Source: Hydrolagus affinis (lineage: Eukaryota). From it: 64,000 nt of DNA. Positions 12,123 to 23,870 of the stretch are shown here, piece after piece. The notes below the pieces were generated by a model that saw only the letters and a program-made list of their open reading frames with translations, was not told the DNA's origin and did not search any database. The stretch spans positions 124,001 through 188,000 of the forward strand of contig JAAILG010000002.1 in the NCBI GenBank assembly GCA_012026655.1, in the 5' to 3' direction. The translations under genes were made by a program, and so were the position numbers. Within the stretch, counting starts at the first letter, position 1. Each line of letters begins with the position of its first letter.

Positions 12123-13483
12123 AATGTATTCTAATAGTGATTCAACACATTTGAATTGTTCACTACAACGTCGGAAGGTCTTATTAGAAACTCAAGATCA
12201 CTCCTTTTAGCCTTGTTTTAGGAGATCGTAGTCAGTCGTTACTCTATTGAATTGAAATTTGTGTCTAAAGTAAATCAATGAAAGTAAAACCGTAGAACTA
12301 TTAAATTCAGATGATGTTGATAGGTTGTCTGTTGAGAACTCAAACATGGAGGAGATGAGTGGAAATCACTGTCTCATACACTAACGGTAAAAGAACTTGA
12401 CTTTTAAATCCTTTCAAAGTGAGCATGTGTTGATAAATTAAGAAGAATGTTCGGAAGATCACAAGATTATTTTGGATGATGAAACGCCTCAGGTGTACTT
12501 GATCTCATCCCTCCGGAACACCCACTCTAACTTTTACTTTCACTGCAAGTAAAAAGAACAAAGTTACTGAGGCAATAATAGGGTATGTGGCATGGTTTTG
12601 ATTGCTGTCGAAGAGAAGGGCAAATGAGAGACAAGAAACAGAATGACGAGTGGGCGAGAGATCCGGATCAAGAAGAGACCAAGATATGAAGAGAATAAAA
12701 CCTTAAGGTATGCGAGGAGTGAGATCAAGGAATTACAGTGAGTGACTTAAAATAAACATCACCGCCAGAGAGATAGGTGATATGTTCGGAGAACCAGAGC
12801 CCTCCTTCGAAACAACCAGACGTACATGGAATACAACAGGAATTTTACTTGAAACAGCGCCTTTTGGCCTTAATAGGAAAATGGGGTTAAAATAAGGTGA
12901 GGAGTGCTTTGGAACTGTTGCTATTTGAACTCTGGCCCTGCGACACTCGACACGGGCATCCTGTTTGCTTGCAGGAGCTGATATTTACAGCAGGCTTGGG
13001 GGTACACAGAAGTCAGTGGGTGAATACTTAACATCCAGCCCACTAAATGTGCGCAGGTTGGAAATGTTGTACAACATATTTTCAGGTGCGGAGTTATTAA
13101 GGGATAGTTCTACTTTATCTTACATTTCAACCGGAGCTGGGTACAGTGAACGCCGAGCAGCAGATGAGGATAAAGCACATCCTGTAATGCTTTCACCATG
13201 AATGTAGCTGTTGTTCTTCACAGTTTGTTCTTCTTTATGCCTGTTGACGGAAAGTAGGTGCCTTCCTTCAAAGTCATTTTTATCTATCGCATTTCCGGTT
13301 CCATCAGACCCAAATTGAAAATAGGTTGATTCCTTTGATAAGCCTATTCCTCACACTGACCCCTCGCAGAGGAATTTCCAGTCAATATCCTTTGTAGGCA
13401 CCACCATCACCAAAAGCTACTGTTACTTTGCCCATTGGGTATCACTGGTTTCACTGCTCAATATCAAGTACTGAACATTGCGA

Positions 13484-13698
13484 GGAGTAAATATGAACCT
13501 GGTTGGTAGTCGATTGGCGGATTTCTTTCCGGGGGTAATAATCTGTTCAAAAAAAATACTCTCCGCGCAATTAGCTGCCGTGTTTCGCCCGCAAGATATA
13601 AAGTCAATTCGCCTTTACAGTATACTCTGTGAAATTCTTTGGGACGTCTCTCAAAGATGCGATAAGGCTCTGTACCAAAAGCAACGATTATTATTACT
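13484..13698 (+). mobile_element. Family A SINE, long form, 5'-truncated
   Basis: Contains the internal segment GTAAATATGAACCTGGTTGGTAGTCGATTGG, the shared body and a GATTATTATTA tail. Confidence 0.8.
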
Positions 13699-15345
13699 GT
13701 TTTGACATGTGCACCCATCAAGAGTATCAGATGTGGTATTAAGTACTGTTTTCATGCCTGATCTCCAAATAAGCTACATTGCAGCTGCAGTTGGTAAAGC
13801 AAATTTCCAGACTGAGGGGTTCAAGCGAAACATGACCTAAGAATTTATTTCGACCCAACTTGTGTTTCTTTTTATATTAAAACCAATCTGTATCGGGTTT
13901 ATTTTGAGGAAAATAAAGGAGGTGGATTAATGGTTTAACTGGAGCTGTAACTGAGGGGAATGCACCTGTCATTTCTTTCTTGTCAGTCACCTTATCACAT
14001 CGTTTTTATTGAGTGTTGCATGTCAGAAGATTCAATGTGTGGTCAAATGGTCTTGGAGGAATAAAAGGAACAAACATCATCCCTCTGTTCTCCGTACAAT
14101 ACTTGCATTGAAAATGTGATTTCATATTCTGACAGGTGCTATTATTGCTGTTATTCTTTGTATAATGCATGTATGTTGGCTTTGTGTAATGTTATTCTGG
14201 TGCGTCTCCAAGTATTCATGAATAAAAGATACAAATTTCTCATGCATTTGCAAAAATGTCACTTACATTATTATACGTTCAAAAAAAAAGGCCAGCTGTC
14301 TACTTGTCAGAGACTTAAGGTTCAGGGGACACCTCAAAGATATAAAGACTGATGAATTTTCTTAATCTTATTTGGAACATAAGAAAGAATGGGATCCCCA
14401 TTCATACCCCAAATCCTATCAGTCAACTCACTCCAAGGAAGAGGTTTTACCCGAGTCTGATTTATTATATTTTCTTTGCGTTTCAGGGGATCCAGAATTT
14501 AACAAACTCTTGCAATATAACCTTAATTTTGAAACCAATACTATGTAAGGTCTTTTTTTATTCCCTTTATCTCCTATTTTTCTTCATTGCACCATGATTT
14601 TCCTGAACAGTTTACTTTAACAAGGTTTTTAATGATCTTCATTCCTGCTGCAAAGCCACGAGGGCTAAATCCAGGACTAAATCATCCCACACCCACTCTC
14701 TGTTTGTCTAATTTTCTTTCCATCTCCTCCGTGTCTAATCTCAATTTTATATCTGTCACCAATCATCCTCACCGCCTGTGTTGTGCCTGTAGTTAGTGGT
14801 CTGAATGTCGCTTTGAAATCTTCTGCATCCTTAAAAACGAATTATTCATCCTATTTCACACATTTTAGGCAGTGCACCACCACCCAGCCTCCTACTCTAT
14901 ATACAATGGGCAAGGTTGTTGTTCGTCTTAGCTTGATTTCAACGTGTATCCGATCCACGGGCTGAATTGCAGTTTCCAACCCGTTTCCTTTCTCAGCAAC
15001 TATTCAATCATCACTCGTGCCAAGAATCAGCGGGCACATTGCCTATGCTGCTGTCACACATCTTTTAAGTGGACGGCGACAGAACATTATTGTCAGAAGG
15101 CTGGAAGCAGCAGATCCTGCTTCCAGCAGGATCTGCTGGAAGCAGATCCTTTCTGTCTAATCCATCAAAAACAAAAATCTATAAGACTGTGTCGTTGGCA
15201 CCGACATCATTTTTGTACTGAGTCTTACAAATCCATTTCAACACTGAAAAGCATTTTTGCTTTCAAAAAGGAAATCTGGGCCTTGTTTTTTTTCTTTCAG
15301 GATCATTCTGTACCATGAAGTCTGCTTGGCACATTTCACATGGAA

Positions 15346-15560
15346 AATAAAAATAATAACCCTTACATTTGATATCGCGCCTTATCACTTTTTCTAGATG
15401 TCTCAAAGAGCGTCACGGAATATACTGTGAAGCGAATTGACTGTGTATTTTTGTGGGTGAAAATATAGTCGCTGTACTTGACAGTAAATTGCACAAAGTG
15501 TATTGCGACAGTTTTCAGACATGAAAGCTACTGTTTCAAATGCAAGGATGATTATTGTTA
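15346..15560. mobile_element. Two family A SINE 3' fragments in opposite orientation
   Basis: 15346-15464 on minus (ATAATAACCCTTACATTTGATATCGCGCC...) and ~15481-15560 on plus (...TCAAATGCAAGGATGATTATTG). Confidence 0.75.
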
Positions 15561-18344
15561 ATGTGGACTAAGCTATTCTTGCCAGTTTGGTAAATTTAAT
15601 ACGTGTTTCCTTTTGCTGTCATAAATAACAGTAAAGCAATTTCAAAATCTAAACATGACATTGATCTGAAGTGGAATTGGACTTTTAAAATTGCGTTCGA
15701 GTCATTCACGAATGCACAGGGACAAGATTCCAAAAGTCTGGAGAGTAATCATGTTTAGCCCAAAACAACAGAGTATGCGCAAAATAGAACCGGATTTGAA
15801 TATGTCCAAAATTCCCATTTCCCTTTTGTTCCAACGTGGGGATTGGAGAGGTAGGGTCTATCTCACTGAAAGTTTTATCAGTACAAAAAATTTTCTGTTT
15901 TATTCTTCCTCAGAAACACAGATGTGCTTGTCCTATAGAGTGTGGAAGGACACATAACTGAGCTTCACGTCCTTTCCCTGTCAGAGATCCGTGAAGCAAT
16001 TAACTTACTGAGCAAATGTTAAATAACTACACTGTCCTTTTCACCCCAATCCGAGGTTACAGATATGTATTATATGAAATATAAAATTGATTTCAGGTAA
16101 AGGTGCGATGTCACCTGTTTCTTTTTAAGATTTGAAATCATGAGTAAAATACGCTGGTGATAATATGCAATTGTGTATCCTGTGCATGAAGTTGAATCAA
16201 GGTTGGCACTCTTAGACAAATGTACTTAAATACAACATCTACTATATTCTGCTGTTAAAGGGGAAGTGAGGAGATTTATCGCTTGATACATTTCCCTGTG
16301 ATTTTGCAAAGAGAAATTTACTTAACACCTGGAACATTAAACCATTTAAATGACAGTGCCTGAAATTGTAAAACTTACCTGAAGGGATGATTTACTGAAC
16401 TATACCTTTCATCTGAGATTTCAAATACATGTGTTGTGAAGTGATCCAGGAGCGTTTGAACTTGGTAAAAGGACAGGTTTAGATCATTTGTCTGAAAGTG
16501 CAAAGCCATATCAGACAGAAATATCTGTCCTGCATTTTCAATTAAGTAAACAATATTCACCATTGAAACCCACATAAAAGATCAGAAAGATTGTTGCTGA
16601 TGTGTGCACTATTGATTATACTTGCAGGACTGTGCATCAAGAACATGAAGTACACATTTGTTTCGATTGAGAGATATAGATTAAAATAAGATCAGTTCTG
16701 AGCAACAGTTGATCGTTTGTTCGGGAAATCCAAGGAAGTAAGCAGAGAAGGAGTCTGCAGACGGCTGATGTGTTTTTCCTTGGCCACAGATGGATGTTAG
16801 AAGGCAATTTTGTCTTCAGTACTGTATGAAATGACTTTTTCAGTGAGAGGCAAGAATACAGTATCACCTAAGGATACAGTATAATACAATTATTACACAC
16901 CATTAATGAGACCGTTTGGTTAAAAGGAACCTTTGGCTGCACACCAATCATTCATTCCCTTTGGTGTCATAATAAAAAAAACAATGGGTTCCAGAAATAC
17001 AGTAGTTCAAATGAGAGATACACAATTACTGTTGTTTGTTTGTGTCCACCGGGTTTAACACATCGCCTATAAGGGAGTCCTGAATTGAACATCACATTGG
17101 CATCACAAGGCAATTTTCAGTCTAGCACTGCAAATGCAATTTTCAGAAACAATTCATGTCATTTTGCAGCACTTCAGACTGCCTAAAATAAATAAAATGG
17201 ATAGTAAATGGAAAGTGTGAAATTAATATCTATCTGTTTCAAACTCTGCCAAAACATTTGATAGTCCAGGTATCTGCACCATTGACTGCTCCTGATGCTA
17301 CAGCTATATTCAGTACTTGCGTGATCCTCAGGCTGCAATTGCAACGGATCCACGAAGGAATTAGCAGAGCCTCAAGTACGAAAAGGAAGAGCCATAGCCG
17401 CTGTTTCAATTGGTTCTGGGGGTTAGTTGAAAGATTAGGGACAAGTGCAGCTTTATTCTTGTCTTTACTTTCCAAAGAGGGCTTGTTGAATATTGATCAT
17501 GTGCTTCATACTTAACCAAGTCAGTACAATTATATTCCTGTCCCACTCCCCGAAAATAAAGACACAAGCCTTTTAAAAAAAAAATCATTGTCTTAATTTC
17601 TGTGCTGAATTGCATTTTAAGGGATGGATGTAAATCTAGAGGCACAAGTAATTTATCACCATATTGAAGTTTCAAGGAAATCAATAGCTCTTCTTCCTCC
17701 AAACAGAAATAAGGATGTAAACACAGTCTTCATTATTGATGCAGTGTTTTCCTGGATTACACTTCATTTTGCATATTTAGGAGATTTTTTTTGCCGAATT
17801 AATTGAAACATTTATGTGTTAAGCTCCTTAGCAAACAAACTTATAAAAAAAACACACAGATTTACTGTCTGGCAGTTGAGTTTTGATGTTTGCCACACAT
17901 GATCCATACGTATTTCTGTCAACATTGAATCTTTTTCAAACTGGGTTAAAACAAAAAAAACAGTTTTCTTTTTGTTGGTTCCAGTATATCCCTTTGGGAG
18001 TGTGTTGGCATTCTGGTCTTTCATCCCTGGGGGCATGGGGTTGACTGCAGTATGAAAACCTCGGCTCGAAGAGTACCATGTGAAATGCATTATGATGCTT
18101 TTTATCTCGTTCCTAAGGGCATGGCCTCAAAGCAAAAACATGCCCTTAATCCAACTATAAATGACCAAGTTCAGTCACAGACCCCACAGGGTGACCGGGA
18201 ATAAGATGCTGAAAGTAACCCATGCACCTAGAGGTAAGATTCCTTACCTTGATCAACACAAATCTTAAGAAAATTCGACTAAGTTTTTCCACTATTTGCT
18301 GTGGTCAGTTTCAGTCTCCACCAGGACTCCGACCTCGAAGACCT

Positions 18345-18405
18345 GACCTGGAGGCTCGAGTCCACAGCCTTTTGAATTCGAGGCAAGAGTGCTACCAACA
18401 AAGCT
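18345..18405 (-). mobile_element. DeuSINE-type tRNA-derived head fragment
   Basis: Minus strand GTTGGTAGCACTCTTGCCTCGAATTCAAAAGGCTGTGGACTCGAG resembles the heads at 56288 and 62069. Confidence 0.55.
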
Positions 18406-19741
18406 CCCAACAAGACGAGACAGCACCATTATGAATCCAACAAATCAATTGCATTTGTAAATATGATTTGAGTGATGCCATTGCACCAAAACTGAATGCA
18501 TTTCTGTACCGAGCTTGAAATAATTTTTCATGTTGCTTTCGTGGACGCTTGTGGTGCTTGAGGGAAGCTGCTGCCTGCATCACTAGATCCCCAGAGTAAA
18601 AACATCACCTTAGTGAGCCGATCTGTTTCTTCGGAGCTTACTTGTAAAACTCCCACATCAATGACATAACCTTTTTTTTCCAACACTGTTGCTTACATTG
18701 ATTCTGGAGGTTAGCTGTAAGATTAAAGTCAAGTATAGGTTTATATCCATTCATTTCTGAGGATATCATCACCGGACATTGAGCATATGTCTATTTATAT
18801 ATATATATAGATAATATATATACATTTTGTCAAGATTTATTCCTGGAATACATATAGGGAAATTGACAAAGTTGTCTCTTGTAAGACATTTACATTTTTA
18901 TAAATGCAGCTGTAATAGGAATTATCACCAACAACATGCTGTACTATCACAGTACATATAGTTTGCTTGAGGACATTTTATACAGATTGTAATTGTCAGC
19001 CTTGCAGTTCCACTTACAGTATCAGAGAAGTATGATGTTGCTATGGCTACAGTATTTCGGATATAATAAATATGTAGTAGTTGAAATGGTGCAATAAGAG
19101 AACTCTGATGATCTGTTATTGGCTTTGTGTGTTGCATATTAAAAGCAAAATTTATTTAATTGCAACCATCAATGGAACAAAGCAACAAAGTACGATCTGT
19201 TAACAGACATGCTTAATAGTCATATCCCAGAGCTCAACCTCTTCGATGAAATTGGGTTTCAATGTAATTACCTGTATTTTACGGCGACAAACTACTGATA
19301 AGTAAAGCCAACAGTTAGTGTTTGGTTTGACAACAGGTTTGAGCTTTTAACAAAACATATTTTACCCAAGAGTATTTACAACAGCTAGGGTTAATCTAAA
19401 ATGGTACGGAAATCTAACATGTGGAAAAAACTGCAAAAATAAAGAGTTAAGTGAAGAATACTAGGTGTGAGTTCATTACCTGAAGGAGCTGATAGCCAAT
19501 GATTTACAACTTGGAATCTGCAAAGACCGAATGCTCCAGGGTCCTGATTCTGCATAATAATTGTAGATTTTTATAATTAGATAACATAGAATTATGCCTG
19601 ACTGATGCTCCCTATGCCCATGGAGCAAACTCTTTTGTGTGTGTATTTTACTTGGTTTGCTTTATAAAAAATTTAATAACAAGTGGAACAAATACATTAT
19701 ATCAGCCGCTTTGTTTATCACCCGCTCTGATATGAACACAC

Positions 19742-20085
19742 AATAATAATACTATAGTAATAGTAATCCTTGCATTTGATATAGCACTTTTCACAACTTC
19801 TAGACATTTCAAAGCGCTTCGCAGAATATACAGTAAAGTGAATTGACTGTATATTTGTGGGGGGGGGAAATGGAAATCGATTGCGCACAGTATTTGTGGA
19901 TTATAGTGACCAAATTATTAGATGTTTTTTCTTGAGGGATTATTATCCCTAGAAAAGCAATTCACCAATCTAATGAAACAACCAGGTTTTTAATTACTGC
20001 TAGATAAACAGAGGTACGTGAAGTAAAGAAATTTTGCCCGGCCGAGAATAAAACCCAGGGCTCTCGCTTGCAAGGCGACACAGAG
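19742..20085 (-). mobile_element. Family A SINE, long form
   Basis: (TAA)n-TCCTTGCATTTGATATAGCAC tail, shared body, internal CCAATCTAATGAAACAACCAGG segment, and head remnant CCCAGGGCTCTCGCTTGCAAGGCG. Confidence 0.88.
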
Positions 20086-21707
20086 CAAGCTTTCTGTCTC
20101 CATGCTTTGCCTATTTTACGTTAATTTACATTCCTGATAAGAGAGACCCATTTTGCCTTTAATCACTGGAAGTAATTTTGGAAAATAAAATTGTAGACTT
20201 ACATTAGAATTAACATTCTGATGTTGTTTTATTTTTCTTTCGTTCCAAAGGGTTCAAGCGAGTGATTTCATCACATATGGGATTAGTTTCCATTTACTTA
20301 GAGGGAATCCAAACAACTGCTTTAGATGAAGGAACACTGAAAAACCAACTGGGGTAGTCAGTAAATTAGCAGCAACACTGAATTAAAAAGCTACCACTGG
20401 CAGCCATGGGTTCACACTGAATTTTGATCGATTAAATAAAACTTGATTCAATTTCATGTTGAGTTGGCAGCTCACATCTGGGTCCATTCTCAAGCATGAA
20501 CTGAAACACATGAACATGCTTCAGCCTGCCAAGTTCAATGCATACCATCGAACAGGATACTGGAATTCTGAATGGAAATGGACCAAATTGAATTAAGTGG
20601 GAAAAAGAATCCGAAGGCACTGGTGTTTGAATGGAAATTGTATGTTTCCATTTTATAATAATAATAGTAAATGAAAGGATTTATAGTTTCCATTTTCCAG
20701 GATGTGTTAGAGAGTGCAATAGGCAGATCTCATACTTAATAATAACAAGAGGTTTGATTTGGTTTGGTTTGCATTGATATGGTTCCTACAACCTAAAGGC
20801 ACAAACGTACTAGATCCATTTGGTTCGGAAAAATATTAGGGCAAAATTTGTTGCATTTCATAATGCGTTCCTCATTCTAATTATTGAAAGGAACACATTG
20901 TGAAATAATGCAGATTTCATGTAATTCTTTCATTCTTCCAACCATTGAGTATTTACTGTAACACAGTAATACCATACAAGAAGCAAGGACAGTAATCTTG
21001 TAATGTACAGATGTAGTGCTAAAACTGAACTCTAATCAGCTCCAAACTGTCACAATTAGAGGGAAACTTATTACATTTATAATCAACTAATCTGAAATGC
21101 AACATTTTCCAATGTTATCAAGGGTGTTGTCCAAAGCAATTGTAGTTTCAGTAAATAACATGTTTGTTAATGTTGTGTTTATACCTCTTGCAGCAAAGTT
21201 GATTTGCCTCCAGCAATAATGTGCTGTGGAGCAGGAAGCTTGATTTCTCGGTAACAAAGAAAGACCTAATTCCTGTGTATTCATAACATCATTCATTTGT
21301 AGAACACGGAAACCAAGTGAGTGTAATTTAGTGCTATTACACAATAAGCTATTTTGTCCACAAAACAAACAGGCACTCACTTCACCTTATCACTATAAAG
21401 TTATATACTGTACTATAATCGTTGTGAGACGTGCCCCTGATGTGAAAATGTATGTCTTTCGAAAAATAGTAATATTAAAGAAGAATCAGGTGAAAGTTCT
21501 TTGTCCGTCCATTCATACCCACAGCAAGGGAAATAGCACTGCTCCTGAAACAACCACCTCTAGGTGGTGTCAGGAGTAGGCTCTAGTCGGTTGGCACCAG
21601 ACCCACAATATAAAGACTGCAGTGGAAACAAGAGGATGTTTTGGGGGGAAAACCCTTGAAATAATGTTTCTGCACTATTCACTTTTTTTTAATATAAATC
21701 GTGTCAC

Positions 21708-21991
21708 TAATAATAATTCTTGCATTTGATATTGCACCTTATCACGTCTTTGAGTGGTCTCAAAGCGCTCTACAGCATATGTTGTAAAATAGATTGACTG
21801 TGTATTTTGTGGGCGAAACGCAGCAGCCAATTGCACACTGCAACCTCCCACGAACCTCCCATAACAAAATTATTATTTTTCTTTTGGAGTTTTGTCCCCC
21901 ACAGAAAGCAATCCACCAACCAGGACTAACAACCGGATTCCTATTTGCTGCCAGGTTAACAGGGGAGTAAGGAAACTTGCTTAAAGTTTCA
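21708..21991 (-). mobile_element. Family A SINE, long form, head missing
   Basis: Tail TAATAATAATTCTTGCATTTGA through GGAGTAAGGAAACTTGC. Confidence 0.85.
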
Positions 21992-22537
21992 AAGACAGAC
22001 AGATAGACAGAGTAGATTTTTTTACAATGCATTCTGATCATTGCAAGAAGCACTCGACACTAAATGACCAGCAATTTGGTTGTCACACCAAATGTATCAT
22101 AAATTATTATATTCTACATCCCATTTGTACAATGACTGCCAGATGAGGAGTGCATAAGGCACATTTCCTTCGGTGGATGGTAACCCAAGCTGCCTTTGCA
22201 ATGCTGCAGAGAGGAAACCTGACCGCCAGAAGTAAAGCAGCAAATGCGACTTTTTGAATAAATACATATGTGCAATCATGCGTCTATTGCCACCAGTAGT
22301 GTGGAATCTGCCCTGCAGTTTAAATCGGGTGAATTCCATCCACTGCACTGACTGCTGGATATTACTCGGCAACGTAAACACAGCTGGCGGCAGGGAAACT
22401 GACTATGAGGCAAACACTGAAATAATGGTATTTCTATTGCAATGTTTACTGTTGAGGTACAATATCACCCGGCGTACAGAATGTGCGGAATTCGGTTGAA
22501 TTGTTGAATTCGCTTTTAACTTTGAAACCTGTTTCTG

Positions 22538-22705
22538 TAATAATAGTAATCCTTGCATTTGATGTAGAACCTTATCATGTCTTTGAGATGTGTCAAAATG
22601 CTTCACAGTGTAAAGTGAATTGGACTGTATATATGGTGGGCAAATTGCAGCAATCAATTGCTCGCAGCAGTGCCCACAAGCAGTCATGGATTGAGCGACA
22701 AATTA
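22538..22705 (-). mobile_element. Family A SINE 3' half
   Basis: TAATCCTTGCATTTGATG...CAGTGCCCACAAGCAGTCATGGATTGA. Confidence 0.85.
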
Positions 22706-23384
22706 ATGTGCGTATGTATATCTGTATGTATGTAGTTAGTTAATTAGTTAGTTATAGTTTTTTTTGTAATTCATAAAAATGGGGAAAAAATCAAATTTTA
22801 AAATGGCTTAAAAATTACAGACTTTATTTGAGAATTTGACAAATACTGGAAACTCTGAAATGTTACATTATTGGACCCAGGTGGAAATTCTACCACTGAA
22901 TGTTTAGGAAGTGAATGTGTTAAGATCTGGTACTTGCAAAAGCTGTTTGTCAGAAAAGCATTGACTGACAACTAAACGCTGTCGTGCTTGAAGCAAAGAA
23001 CTGATTTGTCTTATAATGCTACTGATCAGGGACTGGAACATGAATAGCTATTAACAGGAATCTGAAATTTAAACAACAAAAGTTGCAAGCTAGATGGTAC
23101 GATGTTACTCTGCATCATCTGGTGCTGTGAGTGAAGTGAAAATAAATTTGCTTTCACTAAACAGAATGCCATTCTTATGTAAATCCTCATCACTCTCAAT
23201 AGTTACTCTCAGGGAAATGTCCAACATTGCATACTCATTAAAACAGTTGGGTATCTACCTATATTTTATTGAAGGGCTACAATGATTAGATAAATTAATG
23301 AACTGTACATATCCATAATTGTACATCGTGTTTCCAAACAACCTTGCAGAATCCATTTTTGCTAAAACCCATGAAATCCCAAAT

Positions 23385-23870
23385 GGTTATCTCATTTAAA
23401 TGCCATAATCCCTTTAAAATTCCTCAATTTTATTGCATGACGGTTTAATCCAGAGAGATTAACATCCCACGTTAATTGGAGCTGCCAGAAGGATTTGTCA
23501 AATATTTAATCTTATTGATTATTAATCATAAACCTTGTAATCAGTGTTAAGCTATTTCTTAGTCACCATAATTTGCATATTGGTTATACATGCAGCCTAA
23601 GCTTTTTAATGGAAACGATTCTATTTTAGGGAAAAAAAATGACATTCACCCAATAGTTTCCATGATGAGAAACACTGTAATGTGTATGGAGCATTAATTG
23701 GTACCTGATCTAATGCTCTCTTTAGATGAACATTCTTATTAAGGTGCCCATTAACTGGTTTGCATGAGAATGGCTCTAATGATCAGCATCTAGTAATGGC
23801 TGAAGATTGAAAGCTTGTTCCAATGTAAAACTTGTCTTTCACTGAAGTGCCACCAAAGTGACATAATTAG
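23385..23870. promoter_or_regulatory. Candidate conserved non-coding element / enhancer
   Basis: Repeat-free and dense in TAAT/ATTA. TAATCC at 23406 and 23446; octamer ATTTGCAT at 23571. Conservation not testable here. Confidence 0.5.

Noticed and set aside
12965-13201. Protein-like ORF (GADIYSRLGG...) after a possible acceptor TTGCTTGCAG
   Set aside because: No recognisable domain, no convincing donor and no partner exons.
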